A stretch of 64,000 bases of DNA from an uncultured Methanolobus sp. (GCA_963675495.1 OY776215.1:96001-160000), one strand, 5' to 3'; counted from the stretch's first letter, positions 1 to 11,882 are shown. The notes: a model not told the origin generated them from the sequence alone. Numbers and translations: made by a program.

Positions 1-1
1 A

Positions 2-892
2 GCAGCAGAACTTGCACGCGGCACCCTTGAAGAGATCTTCAAGAACTCAGACCTTGTTTTCATTACAGCTGGTATGGGAGGAGGAACCGGTACCGGTGTA
101 GCTCCTGTAGTTGCTGAGATAGCAAAGGAACAGGGCGCAATTGTCGTGGGTATGGTATCCAGTCCTTTCAGAGTTGAAAGGGCAAGAGCAGTCAAGGCAG
201 AAGAAGGTCTTGAAGACTTCCGCCGTGCTGCAGACACTGTTATTGTACTTGATAACAACAGACTCCTTGAGTATGTTCCAAACCTTCCAATAGACCAGGC
301 ATTCTCAGTTATGGACCAGATCATCTCTGAGACTGTAAAAGGAATTACAGAGACCATCACACAGCCTTCTCTTATCAACATTGACTATGCTGACATCAGA
401 GCTATCATGAGCTGTGGTGGCGTTGCTGTAATGCTTGTCGGTGAGAGCAAGAATCAGGACAAGAGCGATGATGTAGTTCGTGCAGCGCTCAACCATCCAC
501 TTCTTGATGTTGACTACAGAGGCGCAACAGGCAGTCTTGTACACATCACAGGTGGACCTGACTTAAGTCTGAAAGAAGCTGAAGAGATTGCCGCATCACT
601 TACATACGAGCTTTCACCCAGTGCAAATGTCATATGGGGCGCACGTATCTGCAATGAGTATGAAGGCAAAGTGCGTGTAATGGCTATTATGACAGGTGTT
701 CAGTCAGCACAGATACTTGGTCACCCTCAGTGTAATATTGCCAGTGAGAGCGTACCGGTTTCCAGTCGTGTATCCGAAGCACCACGCTCATACAGACGCG
801 CAGGCACATCCGTAAACAGGGTAAGCCGTCCGGTTGTTGAACCAATGCACACCGGTGCCAATGGTGGTTCAATAATAGACATAATCCATTAA
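2..892 (+). CDS. ftsZ: Cell division protein FtsZ (5' end outside window)
   Basis: Tubulin signature [24 protein letters not shown]7 loop, VIWGA; frame open back to position 2. Confidence 0.97.
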   Translation, partial: AAELARGTLEEIFKNSDLVFITAGMGGGTGTGVAPVVAEIAKEQGAIVVGMVSSPFRVERARAVKAEEGLEDFRRAADTVIVLDNNRLLEYVPNLPIDQAFSVMDQIISETVKGITETITQPSLINIDYADIRAIMSCGGVAVMLVGESKNQDKSDDVVRAALNHPLLDVDYRGATGSLVHITGGPDLSLKEAEEIAASLTYELSPSANVIWGARICNEYEGKVRVMAIMTGVQSAQILGHPQCNIASESVPVSSRVSEAPRSYRRAGTSVNRVSRPVVEPMHTGANGGSIIDIIH

Positions 893-904
893 ATTTAATT
901 AATC

Positions 905-950
905 GTCCGGCATAAGCCGGACCTGCCTTTCTGGCAGTTATTCTTTTTTA
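905..950 (+). terminator. Double hairpin plus T-tract after ftsZ
   Basis: GTCCGGC-ATAA-GCCGGAC and CTGCC-TTTCT-GGCAG followed by TTCTTTTTT. Confidence 0.6.
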
Positions 951-971
951 GTTTCACTACTATTTCAATTC

Positions 972-2453
972 ATGAAAATACTGATAGCTACAGGCAGATT
1001 TGCTGAGCGGACCGTAAGAAAGGCTGTGGGTGACCTTGCTGATGTGCTTATTGCTGATACCAAGGTAGCCGCATTCATTACTCCTCGTAAACTAATTGCA
1101 GCAATATCAGAAAATATTCTAAATTTTGATTACGACCTGATTTTCATTCCAGGTCTTGTGTCCGGTAATTTTGCAAAGGCTGAAAATGAACTTGGATGCA
1201 AGATACGCCTTGGTCCCAAACATGCCTATGATCTGGGTTTTGTGCTTCCATTTGCAGAAAACATGGAGTTTTCCAGAGATGTACCTGCCTGTGAACTGCT
1301 CGCAGATGTCAGGAGGGAGATGGCTCTTGACAAAGTGCAGGAACTCGAAGATGCTGCGTTTGTCCCGATTTTACTCGGAAATTTGAAAATAGGTGGCAAT
1401 TCCCGTATGAAGGTAATGGCTGAGGTAGTTGATGCCACAGGCCTGGATCCTGAAGTTCTTGCCTTGAAGGTGCGTAGTTTTGAGATGAAAGGTGCTGATA
1501 TAATAGACCTTGGTGCTTCCCTGCATGCAACTACTAAGGACATAAGACTTGCAATTGAAATAGCCAGGGAAAACACCAGTCTGCCTTTTAGTATTGACAC
1601 CCTTGATCCAGCACTTATCAGGGAAGCCCTGCATTGTGGTATTGATCTTGTGCTCAGTCTTGATAGCAATAATATTGGTGACATTGGTGCTGACATTGCT
1701 ATGGCAGGTGTGCCTGCTGTGGTCATACCTGATCAAGGAGAGGGCTTTGAAAGCCTTGCCAGCAATATAGACTTGGCGAGTTCAGTGGGTGTACAAAATC
1801 TCATTGCTGATCCGGTCCTTGATCCGATAGGCCACGGAATCGGCGGTTCAATTATCAGGTATATGGATTTCCATAAACAAAACCCTGATATGCCTATTTT
1901 CTTTGGTGTTGGCAACGTAACAGAACTTATTGATGCTGACTCAACAGGTGTCAATGCAACATTATGTGGTATAGGTGCAGACGTGGGCGCAAGTATCCTC
2001 TTCACTCCTGAGTACAGCAACAAGACCCAGGGTTCTATCACTGAACTGAAGAAAGCATCCCAGATGATGATGCTCTCAAAGGAGCGTCAGAGTTCTCCAA
2101 AGGACCTCGGTATTGACCTGATCGAAATAAAAGAGAAAAGAAGGCGTACAGATTCCATTCTTCCGGAAAACTTTGTCAGGGCAGAAAAGCACAAGATGTG
2201 GACTCTTGACCCAAAAGGCAGTATCGTTATAAGCATAATTCCAGATATCCACGGGAAAAAAGAAGGTTGTATCCTTGCTGAACATGATAATACATCCATT
2301 GTTGGCAATACAGCAAGAGAGGTCATGGACACAATTCTTAAAATGGAACTTGTTTCAAGAATGGAACATGCAGCCTATCTGGGACAGGAACTCAAAAAAG
2401 CTGAACTTGCCCTGAAAATGGGAAGGAGTTACTCTCAGGATGATGCTTTTTAG
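972..2453 (+). CDS. Dihydropteroate synthase-like protein (pterin-binding barrel, C-terminal DUF4346-like domain)
   Basis: GADIIDLG, SIDT, ADPVLDP, GNVTELIDADS; C-terminal HAAYLGQELKKAE. Confidence 0.85.
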   Translation: MKILIATGRFAERTVRKAVGDLADVLIADTKVAAFITPRKLIAAISENILNFDYDLIFIPGLVSGNFAKAENELGCKIRLGPKHAYDLGFVLPFAENMEFSRDVPACELLADVRREMALDKVQELEDAAFVPILLGNLKIGGNSRMKVMAEVVDATGLDPEVLALKVRSFEMKGADIIDLGASLHATTKDIRLAIEIARENTSLPFSIDTLDPALIREALHCGIDLVLSLDSNNIGDIGADIAMAGVPAVVIPDQGEGFESLASNIDLASSVGVQNLIADPVLDPIGHGIGGSIIRYMDFHKQNPDMPIFFGVGNVTELIDADSTGVNATLCGIGADVGASILFTPEYSNKTQGSITELKKASQMMMLSKERQSSPKDLGIDLIEIKEKRRRTDSILPENFVRAEKHKMWTLDPKGSIVISIIPDIHGKKEGCILAEHDNTSIVGNTAREVMDTILKMELVSRMEHAAYLGQELKKAELALKMGRSYSQDDAF

Positions 2454-2578
2454 GAACAGTATTATTCTTTTTTTACAGACAAACGCCGAATGGAATGGTT
2501 GGATGTGCCTTTTTCGAATTGCTTGTCCAATATAGCTAGGCAAGTTTATATAAATGTAATATTATATTGTAATTAGCT

Positions 2579-4051
2579 ATGTCTTCTAAATACAAGATTC
2601 TGATTGTAGATGATGAACCATTAAATGTTGAATTACTTTCAGTTTATCTTAGGGATACATATGATATTTTAACTGCTTACAATGGTAAGGATGCACTTGA
2701 AAAAGTTCAAAATGAGAGCCCAGATTTGATTCTTCTTGATGTAATGATGCCAAACATGAATGGTTATGATGTTTGCCGTACTATCCGCGAAGAATTCAAG
2801 ATGGATTTCATACCAATAGTAATGGTTACAGCTTTGACTGGTAAGGCTGATCATCAGAAAGGAATCGATGCAGGTGCAGATGAATTTTTAAAGAAGCCCG
2901 TAGGCAAGTTCGAACTTGACAAAAAGATTTCCTCTCTTCTGAGAATAAAGAAGATGCATGATGATCTTCTTACAGAAAAGAACACAGCTTATCATTATCT
3001 TGATTATGTTGGAGTACTTGTTGTAGTACTTGATCTTGATTACAGGATTCTGCGCATTAATAAAACAGGATCTGATCTGCTGGGTTACAGTTCTGAAAAA
3101 TTGATAGATCGTGAATGGCTAGGGTCTTTTGTTCCTATTGGTTCGGTAAATGATGTGCGTAATCATTATGATGGCCTTGTATCAGGAACAGTAAAACCAT
3201 ATAGGCATCGTGAATCCCCCGTTATCATAAGCACTGGTGAAGAGCGACTTTTCAGATGGTATGATTCTCCATTGCTTGACAATGCAGGTAACACTATAGC
3301 CATTTTGATATCAGGGGAAGATATTACTGAAATAAAAACGGCTGAAAAACAACTTAAAGAGTACGCTGTGCAGCTGGAACGTTCAAACGATCTAAAAGAG
3401 CTTTTTACAGATATTATGCGACATGATCTTGTAAACCCTCTAAGTCTTATTAAGTCTTTTACGGAATTACTCTCTGAAATTGAGTCAGATGAGTATAAAA
3501 AAGAGCTGCTTGGAAATATTAATGAAGCCACTGGAAAACTAATTTCAATGGTAGATGGTGCAGCACATCTGGCAAAGCTGGAATCTGTGGATGATATAAG
3601 TTTTGTGAAAATCGATATTTGCTCAGTAATGGCCGATGTGATCAATGATTTTACGACTCAGATCCGCAACAAGAATATGGATGTTACTATTCAAGTAGAA
3701 AATGAGTGTTATGCTGTTGCAAATCCTATGATAGAACGAGTATTCGTTAACCTGTTATCTAATTCAATCAAATATAGTCCCCCGGGCAGCACCATAGTAA
3801 TAGATGTTGTTGATATGATGGATAAATGGAAGATAAGCTTTACAGATCAGGGTGATGGAATACCTGATGCCAGTAAATCATCTGTTTTTGAACGTTTTAA
3901 ACGTTTGCATAAAGAGGATATACGTGGTACGGGGATTGGTCTGGCCATCGTCAAAAAAATTATGGATTTGCACAAGGGACACATAGCCGTTGATGATAAC
4001 CCTGAGGGCAAGGGTAGTATCTTCTGGCTGACTCTTAAAAAAGACATCTAA
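2579..4051 (+). CDS. Hybrid sensor: REC-PAS-histidine kinase
   Basis: ILIVDD, LLDVMMP, PAS ending GEDITE, H-box RHDLVNPL, N-box NLLSNSIKY, G-boxes DQGDGI and GTGIGL. Confidence 0.93.
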   Translation: MSSKYKILIVDDEPLNVELLSVYLRDTYDILTAYNGKDALEKVQNESPDLILLDVMMPNMNGYDVCRTIREEFKMDFIPIVMVTALTGKADHQKGIDAGADEFLKKPVGKFELDKKISSLLRIKKMHDDLLTEKNTAYHYLDYVGVLVVVLDLDYRILRINKTGSDLLGYSSEKLIDREWLGSFVPIGSVNDVRNHYDGLVSGTVKPYRHRESPVIISTGEERLFRWYDSPLLDNAGNTIAILISGEDITEIKTAEKQLKEYAVQLERSNDLKELFTDIMRHDLVNPLSLIKSFTELLSEIESDEYKKELLGNINEATGKLISMVDGAAHLAKLESVDDISFVKIDICSVMADVINDFTTQIRNKNMDVTIQVENECYAVANPMIERVFVNLLSNSIKYSPPGSTIVIDVVDMMDKWKISFTDQGDGIPDASKSSVFERFKRLHKEDIRGTGIGLAIVKKIMDLHKGHIAVDDNPEGKGSIFWLTLKKDI

Positions 4052-4640
4052 TTTTTCTTTTTAAGGAATGTTCCTACTGTTTTACCTAATGTTTTTAGTC
4101 CAGATGTAGTTCAATTCAATTTCCATAGCTGCTTGTTCATCTTACTGGCATATTTCTTGTATCATGCAGACAATGTAAACTACTGAACAAAACAAAAGAA
4201 GATAGATGCTAAGCAAGGGCACCAATGTCCTGATATGGCACCCAGGGCGCACTCGATGTGCGTTTTTGAGAAGCGATTTTTTTTGGGGTTACTTATGAGG
4301 GTGTCTTTTACCCAGTCCATACTAGTATTATCTCTTATTTAGTTGTGAGCAATGGAATCTATGCAGGCTTACATTGAAATTTCCTGTTATTTTCTCTAAT
4401 GTGCGTCCGTGCCACCTTTACAGCTTTGGGTTTTTCATTGGTGGTTTTTGTGTTCCTGTGAATATTATTGCTTTTTGTCCGGTAATCTAAAGTGAGGTTG
4501 TATATGTGCTGTTTAGACTTATAACATTTGAACTCATTTAATAATATTGTAGAGTCATGTGAATTGGTCAGTCAATCAACCGAAACTTTATATTCTTGAC
4601 TGCCCAATGTCCACTCGATCAACAGGTTAAGAGTGATAAC

Positions 4641-5603
4641 GTGATAAGTGTTAACGAAAAGGGATTAGCAATAATCGATGAGATGCTTGACTGGGAAGAA
4701 GAACTGAAAGTCCAGTCTACAGAGCTTGAGAACGGTGCTACTATAATTGACTGTGGTGTGAATGTAGAAGGTGGATACGATGCTGGAATGTATCTGTCCC
4801 GTCTTTGTCTTGCAGATCTTGCAGACATAAGCTACACCAAGTTCGATCTGAATGGCCTTCCAGTACCTGCTATTCAGGTAGCTACCGATAATCCCACCAT
4901 TGCATGCATGGGATCTCAGTACGCAGGCTGGAGAATTGCAGTCGGCAAATATTTTGGTATGGGTTCAGGTCCTGCAAGGGCACTCGGACTTAAGCCAAAG
5001 GAACTGTACGAAGAGATAGGTTACAAGGATGATTCTGAATTTGCAGTCCTTGTTATGGAATCAAGTGAATTACCGAATGAAGAAGTTGTCGAATACATTG
5101 CAAAACACTGCAGTGTCGATACTGAGAACATTTACATTGCTGTTGCACCTACAGCTTCAATTGCAGGTTGCGTCCAGATCTCAGCACGTGTAGTCGAGAC
5201 AGGTATCCACAAGCTTGAATCGATCGGATACGACATCAACACTATCAAGAGCGGTTTCGGTGTTGCTCCAATTGCACCAGTTGTCGGTGACGATACAAAA
5301 TGTATGGGCTCCACAAATGACTGTATCATCTACTGTGGTGAGACATACTACACAGTTGAGTACGGAGATGCAGAGAAATTGGCAGAGTTTGTCAAGAAAG
5401 CTCCATCCACAACCTCAAGGGACTTTGGTAAGCCATTCTACACAACCTTCAAGGAAGCTGAATTTGACTTCTTCAAGGTCGATGCAGGTATGTTTGCACC
5501 AGCCAAGATAACAGTGAATGATACCAAGAGCAAGAAATCCTTTACAAGTGGAAGGATCAATCCAGGAATTCTTCTGGAATCATTTGGCGTAAAAGAAGTC
5601 TAA
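4641..5603 (+). CDS. mch: Methenyltetrahydromethanopterin cyclohydrolase
   Basis: GTG start giving MISVNE; [39 protein letters not shown]. Confidence 0.96.
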   Translation: MISVNEKGLAIIDEMLDWEEELKVQSTELENGATIIDCGVNVEGGYDAGMYLSRLCLADLADISYTKFDLNGLPVPAIQVATDNPTIACMGSQYAGWRIAVGKYFGMGSGPARALGLKPKELYEEIGYKDDSEFAVLVMESSELPNEEVVEYIAKHCSVDTENIYIAVAPTASIAGCVQISARVVETGIHKLESIGYDINTIKSGFGVAPIAPVVGDDTKCMGSTNDCIIYCGETYYTVEYGDAEKLAEFVKKAPSTTSRDFGKPFYTTFKEAEFDFFKVDAGMFAPAKITVNDTKSKKSFTSGRINPGILLESFGVKEV

Positions 5604-5676
5604 TTCTCTAACAGGCTTAAATTATACCGATACAACCTTAAAGGTTGTATTGCTTTTTTTCTTTCGGAGACAGTCA

Positions 5677-6150
5677 ATGGATATAATAAGTACTTCAAAA
5701 GGTATTGGTGGCCAGCTTACGGAATTCAGGAAAATAGTGAAAGAATCCAAGCGGATCACTTTTATCGGTACTGTCGGTTTCTGCACACCATTTGCGGAAT
5801 TGATGGCATTTGTCCTCAGGGGCACAGGTAAGGAGGTAGTATTCCTCCCAAATTTGCAATCTGATGAAGCACGTATGATAGTTTCATCTTCACAGGGAAT
5901 GCAACTTGGTGACATAACAGACCCTTCTGCAGACACGGTTGTCCTGCTTGGCGGACTTGCAATGCCAAAGATAGGCGTTGAACCTGAAAAGATGAAGGAG
6001 CTTGTAGATGGTCTATTGCAGGAAGCTGAAAAGAAACTTGTTATAGGTGTTTGTTTCCAGTCAATGTTCATGAATCAGAAATGGCCGGAACTAATTGATT
6101 TTAATTATATCATAGATGCAGACCTAACAAATGAGGTTAAAAAAGTATAA
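5677..6150 (+). CDS. DUF2124 family methanogen protein
   Basis: GFCTPFAEL, VLLGGLAMP, GVCFQSMF; ATG after GGAGA. Confidence 0.8.
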   Translation: MDIISTSKGIGGQLTEFRKIVKESKRITFIGTVGFCTPFAELMAFVLRGTGKEVVFLPNLQSDEARMIVSSSQGMQLGDITDPSADTVVLLGGLAMPKIGVEPEKMKELVDGLLQEAEKKLVIGVCFQSMFMNQKWPELIDFNYIIDADLTNEVKKV

Positions 6151-6203
6151 TCCAATTTGTTCAAAATTGATTATTGCTTTTGCTTATCTCTCCCATTTTC
6201 GAT

Positions 6204-7217
6204 TCAATTTATCCGGGCATCTACTACCACATGCCAGATGCCGGGAGAATATTTCTTGATCTTCCTGCACTCCAGTATTTCCACCTTTCTGCCAGATTTT
6301 GATGCTACATCCTTGATACGCTTAATTGGCCTGGAAAATATCAGGCTTTCCGGTGTAGTTTCATGGTAATGCAGGATTCCACCACTTTTTTTCAGGGCTT
6401 TGATGCCATGTTCAAGATAATGGTGTGTGGTACCCACATATCCCATAAGCACTCTGTCAGCGATCCCCTCAGGAGTAAGTTCGGCACAATCACCATTCCT
6501 TGCTTCAACTATGTCTTCCACATGGTTCAGGACTATGTTTTCCCGAAGGTATGCACAGGACTGCGGATTTATCTCAATAGCGATGATCCTTGCAGGTTTT
6601 GCGTGAACTGCCATAGGAATGGTAAAGTATCCTATCCCTGCAAACATATCAACTATGGTTTCATTAGTCCCGATACTGCTCATGAGTGATTTTTCATGCA
6701 GGTTTCCTTTTGAGAACATCACTTTTGTGACATCGAGTTTGAATAAACATCCGTTTTCCTTATTGATGGTTTCAGTGTTGTCGCCCAGAAGTATTTCTCT
6801 TTCAGGAAGTCTGAACTGACCATTTATTCCAAGGTCACGTACCACAGTATTGCATGATGGGTACATCTTGATCAATGACTCTGCAATCCTTTCTTTTAAA
6901 TGGTCAATAGAGGGGTCAATAGTAACAACAATTATGTTCCCAAGAATTTGCCATCCCGAAGGCAACATACTCAGTTCTGTTTCTGTAATGCTTTCACCGA
7001 GTATTTCTTCAAGTGAGCGCCATTTGTTGTAGAAAAGAGCATCTTCCTGTTCATATGTATCAAATCCCTTTATATCCTCAGTAACAGGTATTTCAAGAAA
7101 GCGTTCTTCGTCATCAATGACCTTTATCTTTCTTTCAAGGTCAAGCTTACCATTTTCTATTATACTAAGCCTTACGGTTTCTGCTTCTTTTACCGGTACA
7201 CGAATAACTTTCATCAT
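6204..7217 (-). CDS. Trm5/Taw2 (Met-10+) family tRNA wyosine-pathway SAM-dependent transferase
   Basis: LDVTKVMFSKGN, DMFAGIGYF, EINP, ADRVLMGY, IKKYSPG. Confidence 0.88.
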   Translation of the reverse strand: MMKVIRVPVKEAETVRLSIIENGKLDLERKIKVIDDEERFLEIPVTEDIKGFDTYEQEDALFYNKWRSLEEILGESITETELSMLPSGWQILGNIIVVTIDPSIDHLKERIAESLIKMYPSCNTVVRDLGINGQFRLPEREILLGDNTETINKENGCLFKLDVTKVMFSKGNLHEKSLMSSIGTNETIVDMFAGIGYFTIPMAVHAKPARIIAIEINPQSCAYLRENIVLNHVEDIVEARNGDCAELTPEGIADRVLMGYVGTTHHYLEHGIKALKKSGGILHYHETTPESLIFSRPIKRIKDVASKSGRKVEILECRKIKKYSPGIWHVVVDARIN

Positions 7218-7338
7218 AATGACCTGAGTTCTGATTTTTTAATCTTTATTAAATGATATAGCAGGTTTTAAGTATTGATACCAACTCATTCGCTTAACAG
7301 CGAACATTTAAATACATTGTTGGTCTATTGGATACTGC

Positions 7339-8079
7339 ATGAACAACGGAGATAACACTGCCATTTTTTCCACTGATATTGGGTTTATTGCTCTTAATGG
7401 TTCTGTAAAGATTAAAATACTTGACTTTCTCAAAGGTGGCTGCAGATCATTTGATGAAATAGTCCAGTACACAGGAAAAGCTAAGTCCACAATTTCCGTT
7501 CATCTTAACGACCTGAAATCCCAGAATCTACTCGAAGAAGCTATTGATGCAAATGATAAAAGGAAGAAAGTCTACTTTTTGAAATGTCAGTACGTTGCAT
7601 GTTCTCAGGAACCTGGGGTGAAAAATTATTGTGAGATGCTTGGAGTTATAGGCTCTCCTGATATGAATTCATTTGGTTGTCTGAAATGTTTGTTCCATGC
7701 TGTGCAGTATGGTTTCCGTGCCTACGGGGTAAATTGTGATCCCATCATGAGAAAAATAGGGAACGATGTAGGAGCCAGTCTTTCCAGAAATTTTGTTTCA
7801 AATGAAAAGGAACAGATATTGAACGAAATGATGGCTTTCTGGGAAGAGCACGACATCGGAAATTTCAAAGTCCTGAGCAACGATCCCATAAAAATAGCTG
7901 TTCATAACTTTTTTGATTGCCGTTCAATTCCAATTGAAGAAAAGACCTTATGCTCTTTTGCACAAGGTGTTTTTGAAGGTGTCTTCAATGAGAAATTAGG
8001 CATTGAATGTGTAATGCAGATACTTGGCAAATGCGATAAGAATTGTGAATCCTGTCATTTCCAGATGGTTCTGCTTTAA
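7339..8079 (+). CDS. ArsR-type wHTH plus Cys-rich V4R domain regulator (MsvR-like)
   Basis: KAKSTISVHL helix; C-terminal FDC, LCSFAQG and C-x3-C-x2-C. Confidence 0.8.
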   Translation: MNNGDNTAIFSTDIGFIALNGSVKIKILDFLKGGCRSFDEIVQYTGKAKSTISVHLNDLKSQNLLEEAIDANDKRKKVYFLKCQYVACSQEPGVKNYCEMLGVIGSPDMNSFGCLKCLFHAVQYGFRAYGVNCDPIMRKIGNDVGASLSRNFVSNEKEQILNEMMAFWEEHDIGNFKVLSNDPIKIAVHNFFDCRSIPIEEKTLCSFAQGVFEGVFNEKLGIECVMQILGKCDKNCESCHFQMVLL

Positions 8080-8762
8080 TTTGATGCTTTTATAACTCCA
8101 AGCTCGCCTTTTACAAATCTGCCAATCGCAGCAACAATTCCCGGTCCGTCACTCGTTTCCCTGCAAGTTATCATGTGTTCCATGAGTCCCAGTCTTTCTA
8201 TTCCGTAGATATCCCTTGCGTGACCGGTTCTTTTGACAGCTGCTTTAAGTTCAGAGCGTGTAACTGCATTGGCAATCACTCTGTCCTGCTCTGATTTTTT
8301 CCAGCTCCACCATAGGTCCACCTGTAATTTTGTAAAAGCACCCACGTTTTCTACTTCATCAGTTATCTCTATTTTTACAGGTAAACGTTTGATCAGTCCA
8401 AAACGAGTTGCTATCTGTTTTGCAGTTCCAACTCCAAGAGGTGTGAGGTTCTTTTTTGGGATGCTTACAAGAGTTCCTACGTCAACGATTATTTCCTTTT
8501 CCCGTATTTGATGTATTACGCCGGAATACACTTCATTCTTTTTAAGTTCTGTGACAGGCGTACCAAATTTACTGACGAGGAAATTGGAAACGAATTCGCT
8601 GTCCTCTCCGGTAATGTCAACCTTAAGCCAGTTATCTTCCGATATTGAAAATTCTGCTGAAGCATCAAGCTCTTTTAATTCATTGCCTACAAACATTTCT
8701 GCTGAATGGAATGCTCTTTCACGGTTGCCATATATTTTTAATAATAGATTTACAGTGACCAT
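8076..8762 (-). CDS. DUF2110 family protein
   Basis: GHARDIYGIERLGLMEH and DGPGIVAAIG motifs. Confidence 0.75.
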   Translation of the reverse strand: MVTVNLLLKIYGNRERAFHSAEMFVGNELKELDASAEFSISEDNWLKVDITGEDSEFVSNFLVSKFGTPVTELKKNEVYSGVIHQIREKEIIVDVGTLVSIPKKNLTPLGVGTAKQIATRFGLIKRLPVKIEITDEVENVGAFTKLQVDLWWSWKKSEQDRVIANAVTRSELKAAVKRTGHARDIYGIERLGLMEHMITCRETSDGPGIVAAIGRFVKGELGVIKASN

Positions 8763-8778
8763 TTTATTGTCCTTTCAA

Positions 8779-9360
8779 TTATTGCTTCATTACCAGGTCA
8801 AAGATATTCTGTATCTCGTTGAGTTTATCCAGACCTTCGTCATCGATAAGGTCTTCATTCTCTTCTATTGAATTTAAAAGTAACTGGATATCCCGGCTAA
8901 AAGGACCAATTTTCATCTTCATTTCCTGAGGCTCTGAATTCTTATTGAAAAGATTATCATACGTAGTTACTATTTGCTCGTGTAACCTGCTAATGTGTTC
9001 CAGCGTTGATTTTTTCTCATTCTCTGAGGTTTCTGTGTTCTGTGCAGTGGCTTCATCAGCCTCTTTCTCTTCTACACTATCTGGTGATTCTCCTTCAATT
9101 GCCATTATCAGGTTTTTAAGAGCATCAACTACGTTGTACCCATGTTCAGTAAGTTCCACATATTTCACACGTCCTTCAATTGTAAATTGTAAGAGACCGT
9201 GTTCTTCCATTTTTGAAAGTATTTTGGTTGTGTGGGCAAAAGTTGAATTTATTTCTTTTGTGATAACTGAAGCGTACGTTTTCTGAAGGGACCATATAGC
9301 CAGAAGGGCAAGGGTTGGTTTCTCCTGTAAAAAAAGCTGCTCAGCATATTCTTTTGTCAT
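8779..9360 (-). CDS. Winged-helix (MarR-like) transcriptional regulator
   Basis: STFAHTTKILSKME, GRVKYVELTEHG wing. Confidence 0.75.
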   Translation of the reverse strand: MTKEYAEQLFLQEKPTLALLAIWSLQKTYASVITKEINSTFAHTTKILSKMEEHGLLQFTIEGRVKYVELTEHGYNVVDALKNLIMAIEGESPDSVEEKEADEATAQNTETSENEKKSTLEHISRLHEQIVTTYDNLFNKNSEPQEMKMKIGPFSRDIQLLLNSIEENEDLIDDEGLDKLNEIQNIFDLVMKQ

Positions 9361-9469
9361 GAAAGTTCCCCTTTATGTATACATTTTGAACCCTTGATTG
9401 CAAAAACATCATCATACCTTACATTATATATTATAATATATATCAATAAAATAAAAATAGTATATAATT

Positions 9470-10657
9470 CTATCGGATGTCAGCTATAATAAGTTCAATG
9501 TCCGATATATTTGCATCCGTTTTAAAGGATGTACCGCTAAAATGTGTCCTTGAAGCTAAAAATCCCTGGTTTTGAAGTTCCTGAATGACCGTTTCGATCC
9601 GTGAAGCAGAAACTCCTATTTTTTTGCATATAAGGTGCTGGTCATAGAACATAGGTATGTCCAGTTCATCTCTGCATAATTCAAGCATTTTGACAGCGAA
9701 CTGTTTGGTGCCGCAGTTGCGTGTTTCCAGTTCATTGATGGTTTCACTGCAAAAATCCGGACTATGCAATTTGCCGAGCCACAGAGGACCTGCAATCATG
9801 TTATTTCCACCACAATAGCTACATTTGTTATCAACATGAACTGCAAGACCATGAATACTTTCCCGATTTCCACATTGCGGACAATGTGCGATAAAACCCA
9901 TGTTCTTCAGCATTGTATCAGCCCGCTTTGCTCCTTTTTTTATTTCAAGGTATGTGCGCACGTAATGCCTTGTAGCATGGGTCAGGAGTGGATTCATAGC
10001 TTTATCGTGGAGTGATAATTCCCTTGCTATTTTTCCAAGTAGTATACGCACTCCCATTTCACTGTGGTATTCGTTATTGAAAGGTATTGCAGCATATTTT
10101 CGTATGCCTGAATTTAAATGTGCACCACAAAGAGGTGCAGTATCCGTTGCTGTCACTTCGAGCAGATTGATCACAGAGCGGGCTGCTGCAGCCAGGAAAG
10201 GTCCGGGAGTGCCGAATGGATCAAGGTCAACTATATTGAAATGCTTCTCATGAAGAAGTACATTCGCATTCTTGTGGCTTGCAACGGTATTATGGCCGAT
10301 TTCCAGATTATCTATGTTCTGTTGTATAAGGGTGCAGGCTTCTTCACTCCAGTCATTAAGGGTTGTGTGGATACCTATCTCATTGGATATCCTGAGTCCG
10401 CGAATACCAGAGGCTGAAAGAGCATCCACATAAGTGATGACCTTCTCCGGGTCAGGTTCCATTCTCTTAACAAAAGCAGATGTTGCAGCTACGGAGATAT
10501 CACGATTCATCTCCATGACCGGATTATAAAAAACAGGGGCTGCAGATGGTGCAAAATTAGCTCCTTCCGCAGGGATGGGAACCAGGATATCAGTATCTCC
10601 TTCCTTTACAGATCTTACTTTCATCCGGTTCCCTGAAGATTCATTCTTATTTAACAA
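9470..10657 (-). CDS. trm1: tRNA (guanine26-N2)-dimethyltransferase
   Basis: [33 protein letters not shown], zinc ribbon, GPLWLG. Confidence 0.95.
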   Translation of the reverse strand: MLNKNESSGNRMKVRSVKEGDTDILVPIPAEGANFAPSAAPVFYNPVMEMNRDISVAATSAFVKRMEPDPEKVITYVDALSASGIRGLRISNEIGIHTTLNDWSEEACTLIQQNIDNLEIGHNTVASHKNANVLLHEKHFNIVDLDPFGTPGPFLAAAARSVINLLEVTATDTAPLCGAHLNSGIRKYAAIPFNNEYHSEMGVRILLGKIARELSLHDKAMNPLLTHATRHYVRTYLEIKKGAKRADTMLKNMGFIAHCPQCGNRESIHGLAVHVDNKCSYCGGNNMIAGPLWLGKLHSPDFCSETINELETRNCGTKQFAVKMLELCRDELDIPMFYDQHLICKKIGVSASRIETVIQELQNQGFLASRTHFSGTSFKTDANISDIELIIADIR

Positions 10658-11138
10658 TAATGGTTCCCTTCATTTTGTCCCATGTTAGCACATTATATGC
10701 GTATGTGCCACTTTCATTGAAAGTATATTTGAAACTCCTCCTATTTACTATACTTTCATTTTCCCAGAGGCCTTCATTACTTACAAGTGTGAAAGTCCTT
10801 ACAGGATCGTTATCGTTGAACCACATAACTATATCTCCTGTATTAATTGTGAGATTGTTTGGTTGGGCATTGAAATTTTTCAGGTATATCGTATAGATTT
10901 TAGGATCAGTAGATTCGATTATCTCAAGTGGCTCGTTATCTTCTTCCTCCTCAGACACTTCTTCCTCAACAACAGTTTCATTCATATCTATGTCATCAGT
11001 AATAGTTTCATTGACAACTTCTTCTGCTGTTTCATTTAGCATATCGGTCTCATTAATTACTTCTTCAGTATCATCTACACATCCGATGACTGAAAAAGTG
11101 AGTAATATCAGGAATATAAGCAATAATTTTACTTTCAT
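10647..11138 (-). CDS. Cupredoxin-fold lipoprotein
   Basis: Lipobox VIGC, acidic linker, [33 protein letters not shown]. Confidence 0.75.
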   Translation of the reverse strand: MKVKLLLIFLILLTFSVIGCVDDTEEVINETDMLNETAEEVVNETITDDIDMNETVVEEEVSEEEEDNEPLEIIESTDPKIYTIYLKNFNAQPNNLTINTGDIVMWFNDNDPVRTFTLVSNEGLWENESIVNRRSFKYTFNESGTYAYNVLTWDKMKGTIIVK

Positions 11139-11171
11139 TTGTTCACCTGGATTAGAATATATTTTCGATGG

Positions 11172-11840
11172 TTAAATATCTTCTCGATGGGCTTCTATAA
11201 GCTGTATATTTATATTATGTCCTGCATTTTCCATGTCTATATCTATTAGAGCTGCGAAACCCAATGCAGCCATTCCTGGATTTACAATAATTGTTTTGCC
11301 AGATCTCTTTATACCTCTGGCTTCATGGATATGTCCGCATACAATAAGGTCAGCCTTATCAAGGAAAGAACTCAGGGCTTTGCATCCTACATGCATATCG
11401 TTCACCTCGTCAAGTACTCCGTATGGTGGTGAATGTGTAAGGAGAACCAATGGTTCATCGGATTCTGCAGTTTCACCGATAAGATTATTGAGATTAGTAT
11501 CAAAATCGCATTCTTCTATCTCAAAAGGAGTGCAGAATGGTGTAGGATTAGACCCACCCATACCTACAAATTTGACTCCATCTATTTTTACAGCTTCATT
11601 ATGAAGGTTAGTAGCTCTGGATTCTTCGATCACTTTCAAAATAGATTTATGGTCGCAGTTTCCCGGAACTGCAAGTATTGGTGGCTTGAACAAGTCCAGA
11701 AGTTCCAGCGCCTTTTCATCCGGGCCAAAATTGGTTATGTCCCCAGCGATCAGAACGACATCAATATCCCCTGATTGTTCAAGTAACTCTTCTATTTTAG
11801 AATAATTGCCATGCGGATCTGCAATAGCAAATAGTCTCAT
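11172..11840 (-). CDS. Metallophosphoesterase (calcineurin-like)
   Basis: DPH, GDIT, GNCD, THSPP, GHIHE motifs. Confidence 0.92.
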   Translation of the reverse strand: MRLFAIADPHGNYSKIEELLEQSGDIDVVLIAGDITNFGPDEKALELLDLFKPPILAVPGNCDHKSILKVIEESRATNLHNEAVKIDGVKFVGMGGSNPTPFCTPFEIEECDFDTNLNNLIGETAESDEPLVLLTHSPPYGVLDEVNDMHVGCKALSSFLDKADLIVCGHIHEARGIKRSGKTIIVNPGMAALGFAALIDIDMENAGHNINIQLIEAHREDI

Positions 11841-11882
11841 TTTTATGATCTCTCCATTTGTTGAACTTGCAACCTTCTATTT

